Assembly: GCF_963921235.1 (NCBI RefSeq)
Contig: NC_086097.1
Location: forward strand, 78,122,001 to 78,186,000
Length of the DNA stretch: 64,000 nt
Direction: 5' to 3'
Origin: Mobula hypostoma
Taxonomy: Eukaryota
The translations under genes were made by a program, and so were the position numbers. The notes below the pieces were generated by a model, which saw only the letters and a list, made by a program, of their open reading frames with translations, did no database searches and was not told the DNA's origin. Below are positions 12,860-26,043 of the stretch, one piece after another (positions within the stretch are counted from its first letter, which is position 1; every line of letters begins with the position of its first letter).

Positions 12860-13840
12860 TCATCAACGGCTGCCCTCGGGCAGGTGATGATATGTATTCA
12901 TGAATCTTCGCATTCCATGTGATAAAGTTACTTTCAAAGTGTTGCTAGAGAAATCCAGGATTTTGGCATTGCAGCAATGAAAGAATATTGATACATTTCA
13001 AAATCATGATGGCATGTAGCTCAAAGGTATGAGACACAAGTCTGTTACCATTGCCCTTCTTAATGCTGAGGATAAGACTTGCATGTTTGAGAGATAGTTC
13101 TGAAAATCACAATGAATACTACAGGACATTCTGTAACTAACAGATACAACAATCATGGTCATTGATGATAGAGGGATACTAGATGAAGTGCAGACAGGCA
13201 GGTTATGTTATCTTGTATAACCTGATTATTGTGGCTGTGACCAGGCCAGGCAGGTAGGGAGCAGGTGCTTGAAAGTCTGGATGCAAGACAATTGCTTTTA
13301 TAGTGTGTCACCGTCTTCCACTAGGATCCATCCAGTTCTTTCTGGTTCAGCGATGACCTCCAGAGTGTAGACTGTGCAAGGCAATGATAATACTAATGAA
13401 TGGCAAGGGTGTGGGGGGACTAGAACACTAAGCTTTCTTATGCTGGTCTTTGAATGGCACTCCTTGGTACTCATCACTGATCAGTCCAAGCCTGGATAGC
13501 GGACAAAACCTGTTACTTGCAGCTACATATGGCTTTATAAATAAAAACACAAAACCGTCTCTCAGCGCAGTGCAATCATCAGCACACATCTTGATGCCTG
13601 ATCTTATGTGCATAGAGTGTCTTTGATGAAACGGCTGAACATAGTTGACCATAGGACATTGGACTCCTACACTGAGATCAGTGTAAGGTGGTGGGCCTGG
13701 AACAACTATGGCCATTGTCTCTTATGCTGGGCCTGGCTCCTCACACTCAACAGGCTTCACCCTAACCATCATTGCCTTCAGTTTTGTTCAAAATCTTTGC
13801 AGCAGCTGTGGTCAGAGTAGCCTCTCTTATCTCCTTCGGG
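12860..13840 (-). mobile_element. Highly degenerate CR1-group LINE
   Basis: Patchy similarity to the reverse complement of 41905-42630 (e.g. cagtgcaatcatcagcacacat, decayed FADD region). Confidence 0.35.
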
Positions 13841-13898
13841 AGTATAGTACTATGGTAGTATAGTCTAGAGCAAAGCCAATCTGAACACTGGAGGCATG

Positions 13899-13977
13899 CC
13901 CTGTCGAAGGATCTTGGCCTGAAACGTCGACTGTACTCTTTTCCATAGATGCTGCCTGGCCTGCTGAGTTCCCCCAG

Positions 13978-13982
<5 letters not shown>
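13899..13982 (+). mobile_element. Penelope-like terminal repeat with hammerhead-like core
   Basis: ccctgtcgaaggatcttggcctgaaacgtcgactgtactcttttccatagatgctgcctggcctgctgagttcccccagcattt. Confidence 0.75.

Positions 13983-14068
<86 letters not shown>
13983..14068. repeat. (TG)n microsatellite, ~43 units with one CG interruption
   Basis: Seen directly; expanded from the tgtgtgt tract found in other copies of the PLE terminal repeat. Confidence 0.97.
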
Positions 14069-14070
<2 letters not shown>

Positions 14071-14399
14071 GACTGGAGATAGGTTACTGGTAACTGCAAA
14101 AATGCTGGTATCTTTAATCTTTTCTTTCATGATATCTTTATATCTTTAGATGAACTCATGCTGGTGTTCTATGCGTTTAGAAAACAACTCAGTCACTATC
14201 CCTGTTATTGGTTCTGTGGCTAGAACAGTTCAAAATGTGCTATTTCTAAAATGGAGATCTTTAGTTCTGCATACCCATTTTTAAATAATGCACTCAATGA
14301 TTTTTAATGTCATGTGGACGTACTCAGATCAGGTGATTACTGCCACTTGAAAGTTTAGAGTGTTAAGAATTTAACTTCAGGCAACACGGAGACAAAATT

Positions 14400-14785
14400 G
14401 AGAAGAAGGTTAGTGAATACAGGAATGGACATTTTATATTTGAATGCAGAAAGTATATGAAATGAGGTAGATGAGCATATAGCCCAGCTAGAAATTGGCA
14501 GGTATGGCTTTGTGGGCATCACAGAGTCATGGTTGAAAGCAGATCACAGCCTATCAAAAAGACAGGCAGCTGGACAGAGAGGGTTGGGTAGCTCTGTTGG
14601 TAAAAACTGATATCATATACTTTGAGGGAAGTGACATAGGATGAAAAGATATAGAATCTTTGTGGGTAAAGTTAAGAAGTAGCAAAGGTAAAAAGACCTT
14701 AATGGTAGTTATATATAGGCCTCTAAATAGTAGCCAGGGTGTAAGGTTGAATGGCCTAATTCTGCACTGATGTCTTATGAGCTTA
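14400..14785 (+). mobile_element. CR1 fragment (ORF2 endonuclease start joined to 3' tail)
   Basis: YLNAES (NARS-like), GITESWL, VIYRPLN motifs, then gttgaatggcctaattctgcactgatgtcttatg tail. Confidence 0.6.
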
Positions 14786-17195
14786 TGGTAACAGTCACAA
14801 GCTCAAGAGAAGTGCTTTCCATTAAACAATTGTGCTTGTGTGATTGTAGAAATAAAAACATAATCCATACATTCAGAGGACTACAAGACTATGCATTAAT
14901 AATTTCAACCTTTCTCCATAGCAATAGATTCCACTCACTACATGGAAGTCAGACATGCAAAACTTGATTAAACACAACAGCTGATCCTCTCCCACACATC
15001 CAGGACTAGCCATCAACAAGGAATTTCTCATCCAACGTTTTCTGAGTGGAAGTTTGTCCACAGTTGCTGAGGCTTTACCTGACATTCGGACAATCTGCTT
15101 CTGAAATTCAATCCCCTTGCCTCCGGTAGAACAAAGTGTCCAAAGTTCTGTGCAATTCACAATCTCTACTACACTGTATGCTCAGCAGAGATATATTTCA
15201 ACATTTCAATGCTCTTAAGACACACATATGCAAAATATTTTTCAAATCTACTTCCACATGAATGTATATCTGTGCCAGTAACAAATAAATCTGCAAAGAT
15301 TATTGGGTAATTTAATCTCATATATAATCTAAAATATTATTAGTATGAACATTGCCAAGAAAATAAAAGTGCAGGTGGCCTGCTAAACTTTGGTATGTAA
15401 GATTCCTTTACGAATATTTCTTAACACACAGATGGCTACATTAACAATTTCTGCTAAATCTGTTTTCCAGAGCAGCCAAGTCTCCTGAAAAGAGATTTGC
15501 TTATAAATTCTTTTTAGGAGGGGATAAGAAGAGGGAAACATGCTATCAAGTATTAGTGTGTAAAGTTCATTCAAAGAGGTAATTCTCCCATGCAGATTGC
15601 CAATTTAAATACCGCAAGTGAGGTCTCCATGATGAATTCCAACTGCACTTCAGAGAATTGTCTCTCCTTCAGGTGGTACTGGTGGAGGTAGAGTCGAAGG
15701 AGAGTTTATTAGCTTGAAACTATGGCCATTGTCACAACAAAAAATTAAAATCAATCTCTGTGGGAGAGGTCTGTTTTCTTTCGCTAAGAGAGTGTTGACA
15801 AAAAGAAAAATATGTTCATGGCTTTGTGTTTTCTGCTTTTCAAATTAACTTTATGTTTAACATCTTGAGGAATTTCTGTGAAATTGACTGTGAAAATTAA
15901 TTCAAAAAGCTGAAAGCACGATGGACATAAGATAAACATATTAAGCATTTAAGAACTTTTAGCTTGATTGTTGTGGGATTCATGAAGAACATAATATTCT
16001 CCTAGGAAGTGCCTTTCTGCAGACAGAGAAATGTTATACATAATAGGTATAAGCAGAGATTTCAAGGTAAGAGGGTTACCAGCAGGACAAAGCTGGCATC
16101 CTCATCCATATTCAGAAATGAAGTGATGGGATGAGGGAATTTCTGCTACAAGGTTAGAATTGAAAATTCAACTTGGCCTTGGAGCAGAGAAGGCTGGAAA
16201 GAGATGTGATTGGTGAATCCAAAATCATGATGGACACAGGTAAGGTAAACAGAAGGAGGACATTATCAGTAGCGAGTGATTCAAGGAATAGGGACTCAGC
16301 TTTGATGTAATGGGAGAAAGAAATACAGACAGTGTGTGAGAAAAAAGTTGCTTTTATTAATAAAGAGAGAGTGTGAGCTGGACCTCACTGTCAGCAAAAA
16401 TTTTGAAAGTAGTCAATCACGCCGCTATAGATTCTTGAAGGAAAATAATGTGGGGTATAGGGGAAATGGGTGTTGGGGACATTTTCTGGAGTTAAGGTGT
16501 ATAGCAAATATTTACTTCACCAGCAACCAGTCTTTAGACATGAACGTGGATTGTAGATTGAATTTAAAATGCAGCCTTGAACAGTATTTTTCCTGGAGCT
16601 CTGGATTGGAGTTGATTACAAACCAGACAATGCTGATTAACAATAATTTTGGGTGTCTGGAGTGTGGATGTGAAGACGGAGGTGTGTATAATTCAAAGAA
16701 AGCATTGTAGATACATTGTAAAATTGTCCTGCTGTTGCCTTGACCTTTAGCATATAAAAATGCCACGTAGTATTCAGCCGGGAGGCCACTTCCTCCAACA
16801 GCATCACATTTTGTTGAATAACACACTTCTGTATCGAGTGGCTTCAGTGTCCTTCCAGTGACTTTGTTCACACTAGGGGTAAATGGGACTGACTGGGTAT
16901 CTCCACTAAAGGGCACAGTAGATTGATGTGCTGAATTGCATTCCTGCATGCAGCAATGATTCGTGATTTTGTTCTAAAGCTCCCCATAAGAATTATGGAG
17001 CCAAAATGAATACCATTAGTAGATGTCAGCAATAGCTATCAAAAACTAAGCATTCTAAAATCAAAACATATATTTTCAAATAGCTTGGATGAAATTACTT
17101 CAGTAGGAGCTCCACATCTATTTTTCATTACAGCAAGGGACATTTGCCAGGAATAAGAAAATAATGATCAGCAGATGCAAAGGAACATTCATTCG

Positions 17196-17490
17196 AGCAA
17201 CTCACACAAAATGCTGGAGGAACTCTGCAGACCAGGCAGCATCTAGGGAAAAGAGTAACCTGTCGATATTTCAGGCCAAGACCCTTCATCAGGACCTTTC
17301 ACCTTAACCCATGACCTCTGGTTGTAGTCTCAAGCAACCTCAGTGGAAAAAGCCTGCTTGCCTGATGAAGGGTCTCGGCCTGAAACATCAACTGCTTACT
17401 CTTTTTCATAGCTGCTGCCTGGCCTGCTGAGTTCCTCCAGCATTTTGTGCGCATTGCTTGGATTTCCAGCATCAGCAGATTTTCTTGTAT
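17196..17490. mobile_element. Inverted pair of PLE terminal repeats flanking a 67-nt CR1 piece
   Basis: 17196-17293 is the reverse complement of 17361-17458; spacer 17294-17360 matches CR1 sequence at ~54040-54102. Confidence 0.8.
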
Positions 17491-18144
17491 TTATTTGTGC
17501 ATTTGTTTCCATTAAAACTAAAGAAAATGAAGAAAAGTTAATGAGATCTAACTATTGCAACTCAGTTCAAAGTAGTTCAGAAAGGCTCATTGAAATTCTA
17601 TCACAAAGTCTAACAATTTCTGTGATCAGATTTAATAAGAAAGCAGATTATAGGCTGCAATTGGGAGTATTTCCATAAATGCATTTTCTGAGTGTACGTG
17701 TTTCATGTACACACAAGAGATATCAGAAGTGTGTAGAGATATTAATCTGCATACATCATACAATTCACTGCTTTTCTTATTAATCTTTCAAGAAAATTTG
17801 ACAAATGATATGGGTCCTGAACACTGGAGGAAGTAAAATTGGATGGTTAAAGCTACTCCCATGTTCCTTAAAAAATCCACATGCTGCAGTGGAGGCACAC
17901 CCCACCTAAATTAAGTCCCTCCCAATGGATAGACACACACTCTCTACATTCCCACACCATCCACTCACGTTCAAACACACCCAGATACACATAATCATAC
18001 ACATCCTTCCAAACCCCCTACATAATCTACTGCTATTCCCTGACACTCTCTATTCCTACCCCACCATCCATATCTTATCCACAGCACCAATCTGCACTCC
18101 AATCATCTCTCCATCAGTCTGTCCAACCCCTGCTCCCCCAGTGA

Positions 18145-20165
18145 TCTCAGAATTAGTATCAGGTTGCTTATCACTGACATAAGTCGTGAAATTAGTTGTT
18201 TTGCAGCAGCTGTACAATGCAATACATAAAATATACTATAAGAAATATCATATATAAATACAGTACATCAAAATAATATGTAGGTGCAAAAAGTGAGCAA
18301 AGATAGTCAGGGATTATTTTCCATTCAGAAATCTGATAGCAGAGAAAAAAATGCTATTTCTAAAATGCTGAGTCTTCACACTCCTGATACTAGCAATAAG
18401 AAGACCCTGTTACTCGTAAAAAAAAAACGCCATCCGCTGTTCTCAATTCATCTGTCTCCGCCACATCTGCTCTCAGGATGAGGCTTTTCATTCAGGAGCT
18501 AAGAAGATGTCCTCCTTTTTCAAAGAAAGGGCTTTCCTTCCTCCATCATCAATGCTGCCCTCAACCGCACCTCTTCCATTCGCATTTGTCTGCTTCACCC
18601 TATCCTCCCGCCACCCCACCACAGACAGAGTTCCTCTTGTCCTCACCTGCCACCGCACTAATCACCACGACCAGCACATAATTCTCTGTAACTTTCACCA
18701 TCTACAACGGGATCCCACCACCAAGTGATTTTTCACTCCCACCCACCCATATTCTGCCTTCCGCAGGGATCACTCCCTATGTGACTCCATTGTCCATTTG
18801 TCCCTCCCCACTGATCTCCCTCCCGGCACTTATCCTTACAAGCAGAACAAGTGCTACACCTGCCCCTACAACTCCTCCTTCACTACCATTCAGAACCCCA
18901 AGCATTCCTTGCAGGTGAGGTGACACTTCATCTGTGAGCCTGAAGGGGTCAGCTACTGTATCCGGTGCTCGCAGTGTGGCCTCCTGTTTATCGGAGAGCC
19001 CTGAAGCAGATTGGGAGACCACTTCACCAAGCACTTATGCTCCGTCTGCCAGAAAATGCAGGATCTCCCAGTGGCCACCAATTTTAATTCCGCTTCCCTT
19101 TCCTGTACCAACATGTCGGGCCATGGCCTTCTGTAGTGTTGCAATGAGGCCACACTCAGGGTGGAGGAACAACACCTTATATTCCATCTGTGTAGCCTCC
19201 AACCTGATGGCATGAACATCGATTTCTTGAACTTCCAGTAATGCCCCCACCTTCCCCATTCCCTTTCCCTCTCTCTCAGCTTATCTCCATGCCCGCCATC
19301 ACCTCTCTCTGGTGCTCCTCCCCCTTTTCATTCTTCCATGGTCTTCTCCCCTCTCCTATCAGACTCCCTCTTCTCAAGCCCTGTAACATTTTCACCAATC
19401 AACTTCCCAGCTCGTTACTTCACCCCTCCCAGTTTCACCTATCACCTTGTGTTCTTCCTTCCCTCCCCCCAATTTCTTACTCTGACTCCTCATTTTTTTT
19501 CCCAGTCCTGATGAAGTGTCTAGGCCCGAGACCGTGACTGTATTCTTTTCCATAGACACTGCCTGGCTGCTGCGTTTCTCTGGCATTTTGTGGGTGTTGT
19601 TTGGATTTCCAGCACCTGCAGATATTCTCTTGTTTGAGCGGAGGACAAATGTGCTGGATGGTGGAGTCCTTTGATGACTAATGCCACATTTCTGAGACAT
19701 CACCTTTTGAAGATGTCCTCGATGGTGGGGAGGCTGGATCCCAAGATGGAGCTGGCTGAGCTTACAATCCTCTGCAACTTTTTCCCACTCTTTGCAGTAG
19801 CCCTTCCATACCATTCTGTGATGCAACCAGCTAGAATGTTCTCATTCTAGAGTCTTTGTTGGCTACCAAATCACCTTAAACTCTTAATGAAATATAGCCG
19901 CTGGTGTGCCTTCTTCATAATTGCATCAATATTTTGGGACCAGGATGCAGCATATTTTGGTCTCCTGATGAGGAATTCAGGGATCCAGTTGCAGAGGAAG
20001 GTACAGAACCTTATGTTTTGAAGCTTTTTGATTTCTGCTGAGGGGATGACTGAATTGAACACTGAGCTGTAATCAATAGACAGCAGCCTGACATATGTAT
20101 TGCTGTGGTCCAAGGCCGAATGGAGAGCCAGTGAGACTGCATTTGCTGTAGACCTATTCTGGTGG
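18145..20165 (-). mobile_element. Degenerate Rex1/Babar LINE split by a PLE
   Basis: ORF 19871-20113: NTYVRLLSIDYSSVFNSVIP...LCNWIPEFL...KKAHQRLYF; 3' tail at ~18145-18400. Confidence 0.7.
18418..19637 (+). mobile_element. Penelope-like element 3' part (GIY-YIG + terminal repeat)
   Basis: GTYPYKQNKCYTCPYNS...HFICEPEGVSYCIRCSQCGLLFIGE read at 18825-18996; terminal repeat with cagtcctgatgaag at 19503-19516. Confidence 0.85.
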
Positions 20166-21215
20166 TACGTCTTGCTTTTCAGCGAAGAGTTTTGAGATGC
20201 GTTCTTTGCATTGACAACCCCCTTGTTTTAGATGAGATGGAAATCAGTTTAGAAAAGAAAGAGTTGGAGGGAGAGCATAATAATGAAACGGAGGTGAGCC
20301 CAGATTTTCCTACAGCTAATTTTCAGACATAATCTGGAGGTAAATGAATCGGCCATTGAGACTTGGTCTCAGGTGTTGTGCGTGCTTGTTTAGGGGTTGA
20401 ATTCTGAGGAATGTAGAGCACTGGAGTACACCACTGGCCTGCCTTTGCACCCACTGGTGTTTATTTCACAGCCTTACTAGGAACATTTCTGTGTAGCTTT
20501 GCATATTTTCCTATCCTCCTATCCGTGCTTTTCTCCCACTCCATTTGATAATTACTCAACTTCTTCAGCCGTCTCGCTACTAATCTCCCCCTCCACAGCA
20601 GACTGGTAGCCCTATCATGTGATGCAAAAAGCAGCCTCATACCAAACTGGCACAGATCCCTTTCACAGCAAAGAACTCCTAGACCACTGCCTATTGCAAC
20701 TGAAGGCAGATTTAATAAGAACCTTCTGCCATTTTTGGACCTGCTCACTGAATCCATTATGATATCGAATTGCAGAATCCTCTAGGGCAGAAAGCAGCCT
20801 TTCAACCTATCACCTACAGTAAGTGCCTTAGGTCTTTTTGAAAGTTATTCATTTAATCTGATTCTTCTCTAGGGCTCTGTACATTTTCCCTTTCAAGTGT
20901 ATATGCAAAATCTTTTTGAGATTTACTATCGAACCTTTGTCTTGAATCAATGAGTTCAGATAACAACAGCTAATTATATAAAGTACACACTGTTCTTCAT
21001 CGTTTCTTAAATTCCTTGCCAATTATCAAAAGTTTCCTTATGAAGTCCATTCATTCTGGATCAATATGAACATTCTTTGAAGTCTTTAAAACCTCTTATT
21101 TTGACATTTTAAATATAAAGAGCTTGGAGTTACTATACAAGAGACAATGATCAGTGCACCTTTAAAGCCCAAGCAAACCATCCAGTTGTCATAAAGGCAG
21201 CTCAGCATAAGCTTC

Positions 21216-21408
21216 AGGTCAGGTAGCATCAATGGAGGGAAATGGACAGTCAACATTTTGGGTCAAGACCCTTTATTTGTATTAGATGAAGAGACTTGAT
21301 CTGAAATGTTGACTGTCCATTCCCCTCCATAGATGCTGACTTACTTATTGAGTTCCTCCAGCAATTTGTTTGCTGCTCCAGATTCCAGCATCCACAGTCT
21401 TTTGTGTC
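21216..21408. mobile_element. Inverted pair of PLE terminal repeats (palindromic short element)
   Basis: agcatcaatggagggaaatggacagtcaacatttt versus aaatgttgactgtccattcccctccatagatgct, separated by a short loop. Confidence 0.75.
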
Positions 21409-23440
21409 AATACTACCTTCAAATAACAAGCCATGGGTGACAAAGGACATTAAGGACATCCTGAAGGCTAAAAAGAGGGCGTTTAGAGATGGAAAGAGGG
21501 AGGAGCTGAGGGCAATACAGAGGGACCTGAAAGCCGGGATCAGGGAGGCTAAAGACATGTACAAGAGGAAGCTTGAGTGGAAACTCCAGCAGAACAACAT
21601 GAGAGAGGTCTGGAGGGGGATGAGGACAATCACTGGGTTTCGGCAAACTAGCAACAGAGGAGCGGAAGGCAGTGTGGACAGGGCCAATGAACTTAACCTG
21701 TTCTTTAACAGATTTGACATTGTGACCCCTGCCCATCTCCCACATGAGCCATCTGTTGTCGGCCCCCAACCAACACATATTCTACTCTCCCCTCCTACCC
21801 CTCCTCACAGTCCCCCACCCTGCTGTCATGACTACACCCCTCCCCCACACGAAACCACCACGGTGGGCTTCATGGCTGAACAGGTGAGAAGACAGCTGAA
21901 ACGTCTCAACCCAAGCAAGGCTGCAGGACCGGATGGTGTCAGTACCAGGGTGCTCAAAGCCTGTGCCCCTCAGCTACGTGGAGTACTTTGCCATGTACTC
22001 AACATGAGCTTGAGGCTCCGAAGGGTTCCTGTACTGTAGAAGATGTCCTGCCTCGTCCCTGTGCCGAAGACGCCGCGCCCCAGCGGCCTCAATGACTACA
22101 GACTGGTGGCGTTGACCTCCCACATCATGAAGACCCTGGAGAGACTTGTTCTGGAGCTGCTCCGGCCTATGGTCAGACCACAATTAGATCCCCTCCAGTT
22201 CGCCTACCAGCCCCGACTAGGAGTTGAGGATGTCATAATCTACCTGCTGAACCGTGTCTACGCCCAACAGGACAAGCCAGCGAGCACTGTGAGGATCATG
22301 TTTTTTGACTTCTCCAGTGCATTCAACACCATCCGCACTGCTCTGCTGGGGGAGAAGCTGACAGCGATGCAGGTGGATGCTTCCCTGGTATCATGGATTC
22401 TTGATTGCCTGACTGGCAGACCACAGTACGTGTGCTTGCAACACTGTGTGTCCGACAGAGTGATCAGCAGCACTGGGGCTCCACAGGGGACTGTCTTGTC
22501 TCCCTTTCTCTTCACCATTTACACCTCGGACTTCAACTACTGCACAGAGTCCTGTCATCTTCAGAAGTTTTCGGATGACTCTGCCATAGTTGGATGCATC
22601 AGCAAGGAAGATGAGGCTGAGTACAGGGCTACGGTAGGAAACTTTGTCATGTGGTGTGAGCAGAATTATCTGCAGCTTAATGTGAAAAAGACTAAGGAGC
22701 TGGTGGTAGACCTGAGGAGAGCAAAGGTACCGGTGACCCCTGTTTCCATCCCAGGGGGTCAGTGTGGACATGGTGGAGGATTACAAGTACCTGGGGATAC
22801 GAATTGACAATAAACTGGACTGTTCTAAGAACACTGAGGCTGTCTACAAGAAGGGTCAGAGCCATCTCTATTTCCTGAGGAGACTGAGGTCCTTTAACAT
22901 CTGTCGGACGATGCTGAGGATGTTCTACGAGTCTGTGGTGGCCAGTGCTATCATGTTTGCTGTTGTGTGCTGGGGCAGCAGGCTGAGGGTAGCAGACACC
23001 AAAAGAATCAACAAACTCATTCGTAAGGCCAGTGATGTTGTGGGGATGGAACTGGACTCTCTGACGGTGGTGTCTGAAAAGAGGATGCTGTCTAAGTTGC
23101 ATGCCATCTTGGACAATGTCTCCCATCCAGTACATAATGTACTGGCTGGGCACAGGAGTACATTCAGCCAGAGACTCATTCCACCGAGATGCAACACTGA
23201 GCGTCATAGGAAGTCATTCCTGCCTGTGGCCATCAAACTTTACAATTCCTCCCTTGGAGGGTCAGACACCCTGAGCCAACAGGCTGGTCCTGGACTTATT
23301 TCATAATTTACTGGCATAATTTACATATTACTATTTAACTATTTATGGTTCTATTACTATTTATTATTTATGGTGCAACTGTAAAGAAAACCAATTTCCC
23401 CCGGGATCAATGAAGTATGACTATGACTATGACTATGACT
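21409..23440 (+). mobile_element. Rex1/Babar LINE, 5'-truncated, relatively young
   Basis: ORFs 21404-22039, 22043-22807 and 22764-23306: NNKPW, KAAGPDG, DYRLVALTS, QFAYQ, FFDFSSAFNTI, GAPQGTVLSPFLF, KFSDD, YKYLG; one stop and one frameshift; (TATGAC)4 tail at 23416-23439. Confidence 0.93.
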
Positions 23441-24420
23441 TCTCCAGGCCAATAGACAAGGGCAATACTGCCAGGTGTGACAGCAGCATCCACATACCAT
23501 AGCTGAATCAAGAAATGTATGGCCTTCCTTGGGCTATGTTCAAGGTTTTGGCTGTAAAATGTGAATTGCAAACTTGCACGCAGGAAATGAAATGTAGTCA
23601 AAGCAGGATGTGAACTCATAGCTCCACACTCCAGCATTGGTATTCTCAGCAGTCTAAACATTTTAGTAAAACCACACACATGCACAACCATGCACATACA
23701 TACATACATACACACATACACTGACACATTCACACACTTTCAAATACACACACATGTACTCTAATTGGCATACACTCTCACGCTTGCCCTCTCACTGTCT
23801 GTCAAACACGCACACACCTCAAAGCAGCAGATTTGTCCTGCTGGTTTCAGAAGTAATAATCAGATAAACCTGCGGCTTGTAGTCACAATGGAATTAAATA
23901 CTGACATGATGCACTGATGGCATTCAAAGTCAGTTTGTGTCCAGAATGACTGCCCTATCAGAAATGAATTTCTGCTTCTTCCTTGGCAAGTCTTCAGTCT
24001 TTTCAGTTACCAGCCTTCCTTAAAAAGTATTTTTTACCTCAATCTGATGAAGCTGATCATCAATGTTTTTTTTCAATATCAATACTATACAGTTACACTT
24101 CCTCTTAACAACGTTTTTTTAAATTCCTTTTTTAGGGAATCTCCTATTTTGAGCGTACAACATCTTAAAATAATTTTAAACAATAAAATCTAAGAATGAA
24201 AATTTTAAAAACCTGCAGATGGATATCTGAAATAAAAATAGATAATACTGAAAACCCCTAACATATCAGCCAGAATCCATGGAAAGGGAAACAATAAACA
24301 CTTCGGGTCAGCCACCCTTTAGCAGAACTAAGTACTGTAGCAAAGGGATGAATCATTTCTGAATGCTAGTGCTGAATTTAGAAAGGTGTTCAATCATAAG
24401 GGTAGATTTCTATTCCACAC

Positions 24421-25611
24421 AGTTAACACCTACCTGAACCTAAGGCTCAAATCTATCTGAGAACCTGATTTCTGACTTAGTTGGCTATGGGAAGGAAAAT
24501 GGTCTAGTTGATGATAATACTTAATATAAACTTTATTAAAGCCACTTTATAAATAAATGCACCATACAATCCAACAAAAGCAATATATTCAAAACATTTC
24601 CATGAATAAGAACAATTCAAAATTCCAACATCTGTTTAAGTTCCAAATCTCAGATATCAACAAAAAACAAATTCCTGCTTGGCTAGAATCAGTGATATTC
24701 ATTGGAATAACCTTTGTTACTCCAATTCCTCTAACTAATTAGATCTAGTGTTATTCCCCATTTAAAAGTTTACAGACTAAACTTTCCCTTTTTTTTAGAA
24801 AACTAATTGAATTCCTATTCTTAAATATTATGATTAACTTTATTTTCAGTTCGTCAGTATATCTATAAATTGAAATTCAAATTCAAAAATGATATATCTA
24901 TACAGCTCAACTCCTTTCACAGCAATTCACCAATATCACCCTCTTTAAACAAAGTAAATCTCATTCAGTAACTTATCAAAGTCTTTGTAAAAATAATCCG
25001 TTCTCACAGAAAATCAAGTTCAGATCCTTCGAATGAAAATGAACTGGTACATCCAGCCGTATTAAATCCTCTATGTCACGAAACATTTTGTTCCCCCGAT
25101 GGTTCTTCTTGGGTGGCTTGCCATCTTGTTTGGTTGGATGAAATAGTTGATCATCCATGGAAAGTCAATTCACAGTACTTACCCAAAAGAAAAACCTGAC
25201 CAAATCCCTCGGTGTAATTTAACAGAACTAATTCCTGGTTGCATGGCAGAGATCTTGGACGTTCATTTCTGCCGATATTGTCTCGCTACAGCTGCTGCTT
25301 TGTTGTAGCTGTAACTCCAATAGATCTTTTGTCACTATCATCTCTCCTCCAGGGGTTTCACCCTGAGGTTTTCAAGTAAGTAAGGTACAGATACTCACTA
25401 CTAATTCCACTGTTAACAATTTATACATTTATTTTCTAATAGTTCACTGCGTTTCTCTCGTTTTCCTGCACTGTATCAGCCATGCCTCCTTCTCGCATAG
25501 CTTTTTTTCACCACCAAGTTCTTTTTTAAAGTTAGGTAAACCTCGTCTTCATCTCTCCACAGCTGGAGCATTCTAACATTACAACTTTGGGTTTAATTAA
25601 CCTGGGTTACA
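24421..25611 (-). mobile_element. Possible solo LTR
   Basis: Minus strand starts TGTAACCCAGG, has AATAAA at ~24532-24537 and ends near GTTAAC; non-coding; no TSD found. Confidence 0.3.
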
Positions 25612-25879
25612 CTTCCGAAAGCAAGAGCATAAAGACATGACCAAGTTCATGAAGCACTGGAGTTACAGATAGCAATGGATATGAGACTGAAAACTCAGTC
25701 CAAGGACTGAATCTTCTGGCCAAACTGAAACAGTGGGGTCCAGGCCCAAACCCAAGACCAGATAACAAACTGATAACATGCCAATTTAAGCACCGAGCCA
25801 AGTTAAAAATACGAAGGCATCAAGGCCAAGGGCGGAGAATGAACTCACTACTCCAAGAGGCCTTAGTACTGAACTGACT

Positions 25880-26043
25880 CTGCAGTGGTGGCCTGCAACC
25901 ATTGACACTTGCCTCAGACTGAACCTGGTTCCAAAGCTGTGTCCCACAACCATCAACCCTTGCCTCACACTGAACCTGGTTCCACAGCAGTGGCCCACAA
26001 CCATCAACCCTTGCCTCACACTGAACCTGGTTCCACAGCAGTG
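25880..26043. repeat. 51-bp minisatellite, ~3 copies, inside a non-autonomous element with a Rex-like tail (to ~26287)
   Basis: Unit cacaaccatcaacccttgcctcacactgaacctggttccacagcagtggcc; gives the 17-aa periodicity in ORF 25786-26121. Confidence 0.85.

Noticed and set aside
13762..14149. His/Thr- and Cys/Val-repeat ORFs
   Set aside because: Translations of the (TG)n microsatellite.
23670..23820. CA/CATA-rich tract producing ORF 23407-23733
   Set aside because: Degenerate simple repeat.
24860..25610. Viral/Maverick-like peptides (MLECSSCGEMKTRFT; YFYKDFDKLLNEIYF)
   Set aside because: Short, stop-ridden and without a recognisable domain; the region fits a non-coding LTR-like repeat better. 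A tBLASTx search would settle it.
25880..26043. CRISPR-like periodic repeat
   Set aside because: Head-to-tail tandem units with no unique spacers, eukaryotic context, no cas genes.
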